From Balneolaceae bacterium (lineage in GTDB: Bacteria; Bacteroidota; Rhodothermia; Balneolales; Balneolaceae): 64,000 bases of DNA. The position numbers and the translations under genes are program-made. A model generated the notes under the pieces. It saw only the letters and a program-made list of their open reading frames with translations. It was not told the DNA's origin and ran no database searches. This document shows, piece by piece, positions 22,014 through 29,658 of this stretch (its first letter is position 1; each line of letters opens with the position of its first letter). The DNA lies in assembly GCA_007693295.1 (NCBI GenBank), contig REDT01000264.1, forward strand, positions 146 through 64,145. Reading direction: 5' to 3'.

Positions 22014-22051
22014 GCCGGCAGATCTCTCAACAGGTTTGCCGGTTTTTTTTT
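22014..22051 (+). terminator. Intrinsic terminator after rplT
   Basis: The hairpin is GCCGGCA-(16 nt)-TGCCGGT, followed by a T9 run. Confidence 0.65.
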
Positions 22052-22115
22052 ATCACATACTTTTCAGATTAACCCATCTCAACTTCTTCAGGGTTAGATT
22101 TTAACAGATTTCTAC

Positions 22116-23126
22116 ATGATCGATAAAATTGAACAACTCAAAAAAGAGATCCAGGATTTCAATCTATCCGGCAATGATGAACTGGAAGCTTTTCGACTGA
22201 AATTTCTATCCAGAAATGGAGATGTTCAGGAGATGTTCAAACTGATGGGCAGCGTTCCCAAACAGGAAAAAGCCGCTGTGGGCAAGGCGATGAATGAAGT
22301 GAAGGTCCTGGCACAAAACAAGTTTGATACCGCCAAAAAGGAGCTTGAGTCTTCTACAAAAAAGGAGTTTGGCGCCCTTGATGATATTACACTTCCTGTA
22401 GAACCCTCATTCACCGGCTCCTTCCATCCCCTTACGCAGGCACTCGATGAAATCAAACAGATCTTTCTTCGTCTTGGTTTTAACATTGCTGACGGCCCGG
22501 AACTGGAAGATGATTTTCACAATTTTACCGCCCTGAATTTCCCGCCCGACCACCCGGCTCGGGATATGCAGGATACGTTCTTCGTTAGGAAGTCTGATGA
22601 TCCGAAAGTGGACGACCTTGTGCTTCGAACCCATACATCGCCCGTTCAGATCCGGCTGATGAAGGAACAAAAACCGCCGCTGAGATCAATCATGCCCGGA
22701 CGTGTTTTCAGGAATGAAGCCGTTACAGCAAAATCGTACTTCCAGTTTAACCAGGTTGAAGGGCTGTATGTTGACGAACACGTAACGATGGGTGAATTAA
22801 TCGAAACACTCGTTATGTTTGCCAGGCTAATGTACGGCAGCGATGTAAAATACAGGGTTCGTCCCTCCTTTTTCCCCTTTACCGAACCCAGTCTTGAAAT
22901 GGATGTTTGGTGGGGCAGTGAAAATGGCGGACAGTGGCTCGAAATACTTGGTGCGGGAATGGTTGACCCCAATGTATTTGATGCAGCAGGTGTTGACTCA
23001 GAGAAGTATACCGGTTTCGCATTCGGTATGGGTGTAGATCGCATTGCCATGCTGCGCTACGGCATTGATGATATACGCCTTCTTTATGAAAATGATATTC
23101 GCTTTCTGAATCAGTTTAAATCTTAA
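22116..23126 (+). CDS. pheS: Phenylalanyl-tRNA synthetase alpha subunit
   Basis: The 336-aa ORF has class II motifs (..HPARDMQDTF.., ..FPFTEPS.E.DV.., ..GFAFGMGVDRIAMLRYGI.DIR). Confidence 0.97.
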   Translation: MIDKIEQLKKEIQDFNLSGNDELEAFRLKFLSRNGDVQEMFKLMGSVPKQEKAAVGKAMNEVKVLAQNKFDTAKKELESSTKKEFGALDDITLPVEPSFTGSFHPLTQALDEIKQIFLRLGFNIADGPELEDDFHNFTALNFPPDHPARDMQDTFFVRKSDDPKVDDLVLRTHTSPVQIRLMKEQKPPLRSIMPGRVFRNEAVTAKSYFQFNQVEGLYVDEHVTMGELIETLVMFARLMYGSDVKYRVRPSFFPFTEPSLEMDVWWGSENGGQWLEILGAGMVDPNVFDAAGVDSEKYTGFAFGMGVDRIAMLRYGIDDIRLLYENDIRFLNQFKS

Positions 23127-23247
23127 ATAGCTCTGCAATCCTTTCAGGTATAGCTTATTAAGTGAGGCCTTAAAAGTTATTCCAATTGAATATTGGCATA
23201 TATCTGAGTTAAAGAAATATTAAAATTATTTACCTGAGTACTCTCCA

Positions 23248-25659
23248 ATGAAAATCTCATACAACTGGTTAAAACAGTATCTCGACTTTGACCTTACTCC
23301 CGAACAGACTGAAGAGAAATTAACCCTGCTTGGCCTTGAAGTTGAAGAGGCCGAACGGATTGGATCAGATTTTGAAGGATTTGTTGTTGGCGATGTACTT
23401 GAGGTTAAATCTCACCCTAACGCCGATAAGCTCCAGGTGTGCCGCGTAGATATTGGCAAAGAGGAAGTTCAAATAGTGTGCGGTGCCAAAAATGTTGCTG
23501 CCGGTCAAAAAGTACCCGTAGCCACCGTTGGCTCTACCCTTCCGGTTCCTATGGAAGACGGCAGCTACCTGAAGATAAAGAAGGCCAAGCTGCGTGGCGA
23601 AGAGTCGCACGGAATGATCTGCTCCAAATCTGAATTGGGAATTGGCGATGACCACTCAGGAATTATGGTGCTTGATACCGACGCTGAGGCCGGAAGTGAA
23701 CTCAAACAGGAGCTCAAAATTGAAAAAGATACTGTATTTGAGATCGGCCTTACCCCTAACCGCCCGGATGCATCATGCCACATCGGTGTAGCGAGGGATC
23801 TCTCTGCAGTTGTAGAAACCTCCCTGAAGAACCCTTATTCCGAAATTAAGCCTAAGCCGGGGAACATTGACGAGCGTATCAGGATTTCAATTCAGGATAG
23901 TGATAAATGCCATCGCTATGCAGCCCTGCTGGTTGAGAATGTAACCGTTAAAGAGTCACCTGAATGGCTTAAAACCCGTCTTTTGGCTATTGGTTTGAGA
24001 CCCATAAATAATGTTGTGGACGCCACAAATTTTGTGCTTCATGAGATTGGCCAGCCGCTCCATGCTTTTGACTATAAGCTGATAAACGGGAAAGAGATTA
24101 TTGTAAAGAGTTTCAATAAAGAGACCGCATTCACCACTCTCGACAGCGTTGTTCGTAAAGTACCTGCCGGTTCACTCTTTATTTGTGACGGTAATGGCCC
24201 TGTGGCCATTGCCGGAGTAATGGGTGGTGAAAACAGTGAGGTTACCGAGGCTACAGACTCCATACTGATAGAAAGCGCCTATTTTGAACCGTCATCAATC
24301 CGGAAAACATCCAAAAGCCTCGCCCTTCAAACAGACAGCTCGTACCGTTTTGAACGGGGCATTGATCCAACCATACAGCTAAGAGCCGCACAAAGGGCTG
24401 CAGAATTGATTGCTGAGCTCACCGGCGGTACAATTGTAGAAGGATACAGTGATGTACACCCGGTTAAGAGTGATCAGAAGAGCGTTAATTTGAGAATTTC
24501 ACGGGTTAACCGGCTTTTAGGAACCGAATTAAAGACAGACCGAATAACTTCCATACTGAACAGTCTTGAGATTGAAACAGATAAACTGGAAAGTGATATA
24601 TTAAAATGTACCATCCCTCCCTTCCGTCCCGACATCTCAAGGGAGGTTGATCTGATTGAGGAGGTTGGACGTGTATTTGATTACAATAACATCCCAAGCC
24701 CCGACTCAGCACCTTTCATGGCCCCTGAAGAGCTTTCAGAGCTGGAAGTATTTCATCAGCGAATTCGCTCATTCGCAAAAAATTTGGGATATAAAGAGAT
24801 TGCCACAAATTCGCTGCTCTCAAAAAAAGAAGCTGATATACTTGCAGAAAGAGATCTTCAGATCGACACACTGAACCCTGTATCGCAAGAGAATACAACG
24901 CTCAGAACTCACCTTGAAGGTGGATTTTTGAAATCACTGCGATATAACCTGAACAGAAATGCGCGAACCCTGCGCTTTTTTGAACTGGGCCATATTTTCA
25001 GAAAAAGCGATAATGGAAACTGGGTAAACGGTGTTGAGGAGAATGTACACCTCCTGATGGGACTTTGCGGATTAAAGAAAGATGCAGATTGGCAGGGAGA
25101 GCCTGTTCCATTCACGGTTTTTGATCTCAAGGCAGATATTGAAGCTCTTTTCCAAAACCTTGGAATTCAAATTGAGATGAAACGGGAAGCTGAAGGTAAT
25201 CACCGGCTCAATTATATACTGAATGGAAAAACGGTCTGTACATTAAAACGCGTGGAGGAAACCACATTAAAGGGGTTTGATGTGGAAAGCGACGCTTATC
25301 TGGCTGAAATAAATCTCACCTTCCTGTATGATCAAAATCTGGTAAAAACGGATATTCGATACACTCCTGTTCCAAAATTCCCTGTATTTGAATTTGATGC
25401 AGCATTTACGGTTGACAAGAGTGTTCGCTCGGGGGATATGGCCGAAACAATTCGAAGGGAAGCGGGTACGATATTAAAGTCTGTTTCAGTTTTTGATGTT
25501 TATGAAGGTGAAAATATCGGGCAAGACAAAAAAAGTATTGCTTTTAGGCTTACTTTTTTAGATTCTAATAAGACGTTGAACATCAAAGATGTAGAACCAA
25601 TAGTTCAAAAAATTGTTCAATCGCTTGAGAAAAGCACAGGAGCAAAATTGAGATCGTAA
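23248..25659 (+). CDS. pheT: Phenylalanyl-tRNA synthetase beta subunit
   Basis: The 803-aa ORF has an N-terminal tRNA-binding OB domain (..KSHPNADKLQVCRVDIG..), then B3/4 and B5 domains and a C-terminal FDX-ACB domain. Confidence 0.97.
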   Translation: MKISYNWLKQYLDFDLTPEQTEEKLTLLGLEVEEAERIGSDFEGFVVGDVLEVKSHPNADKLQVCRVDIGKEEVQIVCGAKNVAAGQKVPVATVGSTLPVPMEDGSYLKIKKAKLRGEESHGMICSKSELGIGDDHSGIMVLDTDAEAGSELKQELKIEKDTVFEIGLTPNRPDASCHIGVARDLSAVVETSLKNPYSEIKPKPGNIDERIRISIQDSDKCHRYAALLVENVTVKESPEWLKTRLLAIGLRPINNVVDATNFVLHEIGQPLHAFDYKLINGKEIIVKSFNKETAFTTLDSVVRKVPAGSLFICDGNGPVAIAGVMGGENSEVTEATDSILIESAYFEPSSIRKTSKSLALQTDSSYRFERGIDPTIQLRAAQRAAELIAELTGGTIVEGYSDVHPVKSDQKSVNLRISRVNRLLGTELKTDRITSILNSLEIETDKLESDILKCTIPPFRPDISREVDLIEEVGRVFDYNNIPSPDSAPFMAPEELSELEVFHQRIRSFAKNLGYKEIATNSLLSKKEADILAERDLQIDTLNPVSQENTTLRTHLEGGFLKSLRYNLNRNARTLRFFELGHIFRKSDNGNWVNGVEENVHLLMGLCGLKKDADWQGEPVPFTVFDLKADIEALFQNLGIQIEMKREAEGNHRLNYILNGKTVCTLKRVEETTLKGFDVESDAYLAEINLTFLYDQNLVKTDIRYTPVPKFPVFEFDAAFTVDKSVRSGDMAETIRREAGTILKSVSVFDVYEGENIGQDKKSIAFRLTFLDSNKTLNIKDVEPIVQKIVQSLEKSTGAKLRS

Positions 25660-25670
25660 TTTGAAAATTC

Positions 25671-25919
25671 ATGGCGGCAAGTGAAATCCAAAAAGAGACT
25701 TTTCTAACTCTGCTCGAACAAATTCGAGCTCAGGTTAATGCTCTTAAGAAACAGAATAAAGAATTGGGGCGCGAGAACTTAAAGTTGAAAGCCAAGCTTG
25801 AAGAGATTCAAAAAGATCAAACTGATATATTCTCATCAATCAGTGAATCTGAACGGATAGCCATGCGACATCAGGTTGCGGGATTAATTGAAAAACTAGA
25901 CAAACACCTCGGTAATTGA
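25671..25919 (+). CDS. Small coiled-coil protein (possible ZapB-like division protein)
   Basis: This 82-aa heptad-rich ORF (..NALKKQNKELGRENLKLKAKLEEIQK..) lies immediately upstream of zapA. The function is inferred only from context. Confidence 0.55.
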   Translation: MAASEIQKETFLTLLEQIRAQVNALKKQNKELGRENLKLKAKLEEIQKDQTDIFSSISESERIAMRHQVAGLIEKLDKHLGN

Positions 25920-25920
25920 T

Positions 25921-26211
25921 ATGCAATCGATTAAGGTGACCATTCTCGGCAAGCAAATTCCACTGAAAGTTGAAGAAACTGAGGTCGAAAATACGCGCAA
26001 AATTGCCCAATACGTTGATGAGAAATTCCGCATTTATCGAAACCAGTTATCAAATCAGCCCGATTCCACTGTAATGATTTTAGCCTGTCTGAGTATTTCA
26101 GAAGAGGTTTTTGAGCTCCGATCCAAATTGCAACATGTTCAGGGTAAAGAGAATGAATTAATGGATCAGGTAAATCATCAACTTGAAAAACTAATCGAAG
26201 ATATTTCCTGA
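25921..26211 (+). CDS. zapA: Cell division protein ZapA
   Basis: The 96-aa ORF has a ZapA-like N-terminus (..VTILGKQIPLKVEE.E.......A.YVDEKF..) and a C-terminal coiled coil. Confidence 0.8.
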   Translation: MQSIKVTILGKQIPLKVEETEVENTRKIAQYVDEKFRIYRNQLSNQPDSTVMILACLSISEEVFELRSKLQHVQGKENELMDQVNHQLEKLIEDIS

Positions 26212-26280
26212 TTACTTCTCCAAGAACTGTAATTCATAAGTATGTGTTACAGAATCAGACTACTCACTCTTTAGCAAGAC

Positions 26281-26895
26281 ATGTATAAAGGCGAACGATT
26301 CAACTCCATTACTCATCTGGTCGGTTCATTAGCAGCCGGAGTCGGATTTATCATTTTGTTAATCATTTCAATTGGGCAGGGCGATCCCTGGAAAATTGTC
26401 AGCTTTACGATATACGGCTCTACCCTCCTTGCTCTTTACACATTCTCCACTCTTTACCACAGTTTTAAAGGAAAATGGAAAACTATCTTTCAAAAGTTTG
26501 ACCATATAGCCATCTATCTTCTAATTGCCGGCACCTACACGCCGTTCACGCTTGTAACCCTTCAGGGGGAAGTTGGCTGGACACTGTTTGCGATCGTGTG
26601 GGGATTGGCGATGATCGGGATTATTATTGACCTCCTGCCACAAAAAGGTCACCGGATTCTGCCTCTCATAATCTATTTAATGATGGGCTGGCTTGTCGTT
26701 TTGGTATTGGAGCCGTTGGCGGCTACCATGTCGATGACGGGTATGAACCTGCTGATAGCGGGCGGCCTGTTCTATACAGTAGGAGTTCTGTTTTATGTAT
26801 TGGATCGAACTCATAAACTGGCTCACGGGATATGGCATCTGTTTGTTCTTGCAGGAAGTATAAGCCACTTTTTTACGGTCGCCTTATATGTTTAG
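26281..26895 (+). CDS. trhA: PAQR / hemolysin-III family membrane protein
   Basis: The 204-aa ORF has 7 TM segments, with conserved His motifs (..ERFNSITH.., ..STLYHS.., ..FDHIAIYLLIAGTYTPF.., ..HGIWHLFVL.GS..HF). Confidence 0.88.
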   Translation: MYKGERFNSITHLVGSLAAGVGFIILLIISIGQGDPWKIVSFTIYGSTLLALYTFSTLYHSFKGKWKTIFQKFDHIAIYLLIAGTYTPFTLVTLQGEVGWTLFAIVWGLAMIGIIIDLLPQKGHRILPLIIYLMMGWLVVLVLEPLAATMSMTGMNLLIAGGLFYTVGVLFYVLDRTHKLAHGIWHLFVLAGSISHFFTVALYV

Positions 26896-26982
26896 AAGAG
26901 TCGTAAATCAAAGTTCGTACAAATCTCACCCTGTTATTTTTTACCTTACCTCTCTTTCTAAATCTGAATCACTTATTAAATA

Positions 26983-27792
26983 ATGCCACAAACAGTAAAG
27001 ATTTTCTTTATCGCAGATATTGTAGGAGAAACCGGTTTGAACATGCTGGAAACTATGTTCCCACCGTTGAGAGAGAAATACAAACCCGATTTTATCATTG
27101 CTAACGCAGAGAATTCACATGAAGGGCGGGGTTTAAATCAAGCAATTGTAAAACGATTGTATGACCTGGATGTGGATGTAATAACGGGCGGCAATCACTC
27201 TTTCGACAAGTGGAAGATCTTCTCATATATGAAAACCGATGAACGGCTCCTTCGCCCGCTGAACTATCCAAAAGGAAATGCGGGATATGGGTATGGTGTC
27301 TATCCGGTTAAGGGCTCTGCAATCAAAATTGGTGTGTTGAATCTTCAGGGGCGCACTTTCATGCCGCAGATTGACGACCCCTTCTCCACAAGTGAGTGGG
27401 CATTGGAGAGAATTAAAAAAGAGACCGAGATCGTGTTTGTTGATTTCCACGCCGAAGCTACTGCCGAAAAACTGGCCTATGCGTGGACCGTGGATGGGAA
27501 AGTATCGGCCGTAGTGGGCACTCACACACATGTTCCAACCAACGACGCACGAATTTTACCCAATGGTACAGGATATATTACAGATGCGGGCATGACCGGG
27601 CCCTTCGAGTCCGTTATAGGTATGGATACAGCCACGTCTATCAGGCGGTTTACGCTCGGCACACCACAGAAATATAAAATTGCAGATAAAGACAACAGGA
27701 TATGCGGAGTTTATCTTGAAATTGACCAAGAGAGCTCAAAATGCGTTCATATAGAGCCTGTCATCTTTCCTGAATTCAATAACAAGGTATAA
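26983..27792 (+). CDS. YmdB-type (TIGR00282-like) metallophosphoesterase
   Basis: The 269-aa ORF contains ..FIADIVGE.G.., ..ANAENS..GRG.., ..TGGNHSFD.. and ..VGTHTHVPTND.., the pattern of YmdB 2',3'-cyclic nucleotide phosphodiesterases. Confidence 0.88.
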   Translation: MPQTVKIFFIADIVGETGLNMLETMFPPLREKYKPDFIIANAENSHEGRGLNQAIVKRLYDLDVDVITGGNHSFDKWKIFSYMKTDERLLRPLNYPKGNAGYGYGVYPVKGSAIKIGVLNLQGRTFMPQIDDPFSTSEWALERIKKETEIVFVDFHAEATAEKLAYAWTVDGKVSAVVGTHTHVPTNDARILPNGTGYITDAGMTGPFESVIGMDTATSIRRFTLGTPQKYKIADKDNRICGVYLEIDQESSKCVHIEPVIFPEFNNKV

Positions 27793-27797
27793 ATTCG

Positions 27798-28490
27798 ATG
27801 AATAAAGAAGTTGTGCTTCATTGCAGAGGAATTGAAAAAAAGTTTAAATCGAAATCAGGAACTGAAGATCTTCACATCTTGCGCGGAGTTGAACTCAATG
27901 TTCGCGGAGCTGAGATTATATCTATAGTGGGATCAAGCGGAAGCGGCAAAAGTACGCTGCTTCACATTCTTGGCGGACTAGACCGGCCCAACGGGGGAAA
28001 GGTTTTTTGGGATGATGAATCAATTTACGATCACAAAGCAGACCGGCTGGCTGAATTGCGAAACAGTAAAGTTGGTTTTGTATTTCAGTTCCATCACCTC
28101 CTGCCGGAATTTACCGCGGTTGAAAATGTAATGATGCCGGCCCTGATTGGAGGAACAAGCCAAAAAAAGGCTGAAAAACGTGCTGCTAATTTATTGGACC
28201 GGTTTGGTCTCTCAGAACGCCTGATGCACAGGCCTTCTGAACTCTCGGGTGGTGAACAACAACGAGTTTCAATGGCACGGGCTTTAATGAATAACCCTGC
28301 ACTCATCCTGGCAGATGAACCCACCGGAAATCTGGATGAAAAAAATACAGAAGCGATTCTTGAACTCCTTTTTGAACTGCGTGATACGGAGGATGTATCC
28401 ATCGTTCTGATTACTCACGAAAAGGATATTGCAAGCCGTTGTGATACACTCTACTCCCTTCAGCATGGTATACTTCAAAAAGAGGGATAG
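27798..28490 (+). CDS. ABC transporter ATP-binding protein (LolD/MacB-type)
   Basis: It has Walker A GSSGSGKST, the signature LSGGEQQRV and Walker B LILADEPTGNLD. No permease gene lies next to it. Confidence 0.88.
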   Translation: MNKEVVLHCRGIEKKFKSKSGTEDLHILRGVELNVRGAEIISIVGSSGSGKSTLLHILGGLDRPNGGKVFWDDESIYDHKADRLAELRNSKVGFVFQFHHLLPEFTAVENVMMPALIGGTSQKKAEKRAANLLDRFGLSERLMHRPSELSGGEQQRVSMARALMNNPALILADEPTGNLDEKNTEAILELLFELRDTEDVSIVLITHEKDIASRCDTLYSLQHGILQKEG

Positions 28491-28590
28491 GCTTTCATTT
28501 TACTTGGTTAAATCACCAAACAATGATAACTTTGCAAGTCTAAACAAGAAATTATGATTCGTCAGCAGCCATATATAATTAACGACTAAA

Positions 28591-29274
28591 ATGAGCAAAA
28601 AACTATCGAAGGAAGATCTGGAACAGGATCTTCTAATTGAATATTCATCACGTTTTGTACACTTCTACAGTCAAAATAAAGCTGCCGTACTTGGCGGCGG
28701 AGTCGCTATTATTTTGGTGATTGGGTTGATTATCGGTTATGTTATTTACAGCGGCCAGCAAGAGAGCCGGGCACAGGAGTTGCTTGGTGTAGCCGAACGT
28801 TCACTTGCACAAGGGGATTTCGAAACGGCTCTACATGGAGATGATGAGGATTTAACTCTTGGATTCGTACAAATTGCAAATAACTACAGCCGTACAGATG
28901 CCGGCAACCTTGCAAAATACTATGCCGCAGTATCAGAATATGAATTGGGCAACTATGAATCCGCATTAGATTTTATAAAACAGTTCAATGTTCCCAGAGG
29001 AATATTAGGTGTTTCTCCTATATCTCTGCATGCTATACTATTAGCTGAACTCGACAGGTATGATGAAGCGGCCAGAAAATTTGAAGAAGCAGCCCGCTGG
29101 GATGAGAACGAAGCTACCACTCCCTACAATCTTTTTGAAGCTGCACAAGCCTATTTAGAAGTTGAAAAGCCTCAGGAGTCCAGACGTCTGCTTGATGAGA
29201 TATTAGAAAAATACCCTACCAGCCAGATAGCCAGCAGAGCTCAGCGCCTAAGGGGACAAATTGCAGCACGTTAA
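28591..29274 (+). CDS. Membrane-anchored TPR-like protein (YfgM-like architecture)
   Basis: The 227-aa ORF has one N-terminal TM segment (AAVLGGGVAIILVIGLIIGYVIY), followed by helical TPR-like repeats. Confidence 0.65.
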   Translation: MSKKLSKEDLEQDLLIEYSSRFVHFYSQNKAAVLGGGVAIILVIGLIIGYVIYSGQQESRAQELLGVAERSLAQGDFETALHGDDEDLTLGFVQIANNYSRTDAGNLAKYYAAVSEYELGNYESALDFIKQFNVPRGILGVSPISLHAILLAELDRYDEAARKFEEAARWDENEATTPYNLFEAAQAYLEVEKPQESRRLLDEILEKYPTSQIASRAQRLRGQIAAR

Positions 29275-29277
29275 GTG

Positions 29278-29625
29278 GAACGCTTCGCGTTCTACTGTTG
29301 AGTGCTCTCCGCCAGCCGGCGGTTCGCGTTGAGTACTCGCTTTGCTCGTGTTTAGTGCTCACTGCGCTCGCGTGTAGAAGTATTAGCACTGCTTAGGTCG
29401 AGTTCGGAGAGTTGAAACATGAAAAGCAAGATTGATATGTATTTGTTCTCCAACTCAACGTGAGCGGAGCGAACACTCAACACGCCGAAGGCGTACTAAA
29501 CATAACGCGCAGCGTTATACTTAACGCGAACGCAGTGAGCACTCAACAGAACGCGAAGCGTTCTACTCAACGTGCGAAGCACACTCAACTCGTACTTCGC
29601 TCAAACTCGACGCTCAGAGACACAG
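29278..29625. repeat. Mirror-symmetric array of about 18-26-nt hairpin units between convergent genes
   Basis: The right half has tandem units beginning C(A)CTCAAC. Four of them carry perfect triloop hairpins: 29482-29494 ACGCC-gaa-GGCGT, 29502-29518 ATAACGC-gca-GCGTTAT, 29548-29564 AGAACGC-gaa-GCGTTCT and 29572-29582 GTGC-gaa-GCAC. The left half carries the reverse-complement units: 29278-29307 equals the reverse complement of 29537-29563 apart from a 3-nt indel. Confidence 0.75.
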
Positions 29626-29658
29626 ACGAATTTTTGAGTTTGCCCACTTCACGGTTGA

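Noticed and set aside
26212-26280. 6S RNA (ssrS) downstream of zapA, as in the E. coli zapA-ssrS arrangement
   Set aside because: The gap to the next gene is only 69 nt, far too short for a roughly 180-nt 6S RNA, and I see no long interrupted helix.
29278-29625. Possible CRISPR array (regularly spaced short repeats)
   Set aside because: The units are degenerate rather than identical. There are no unique spacers of constant length between them. The two halves are in opposite orientation, there is no leader, and there are no cas genes anywhere in the window.
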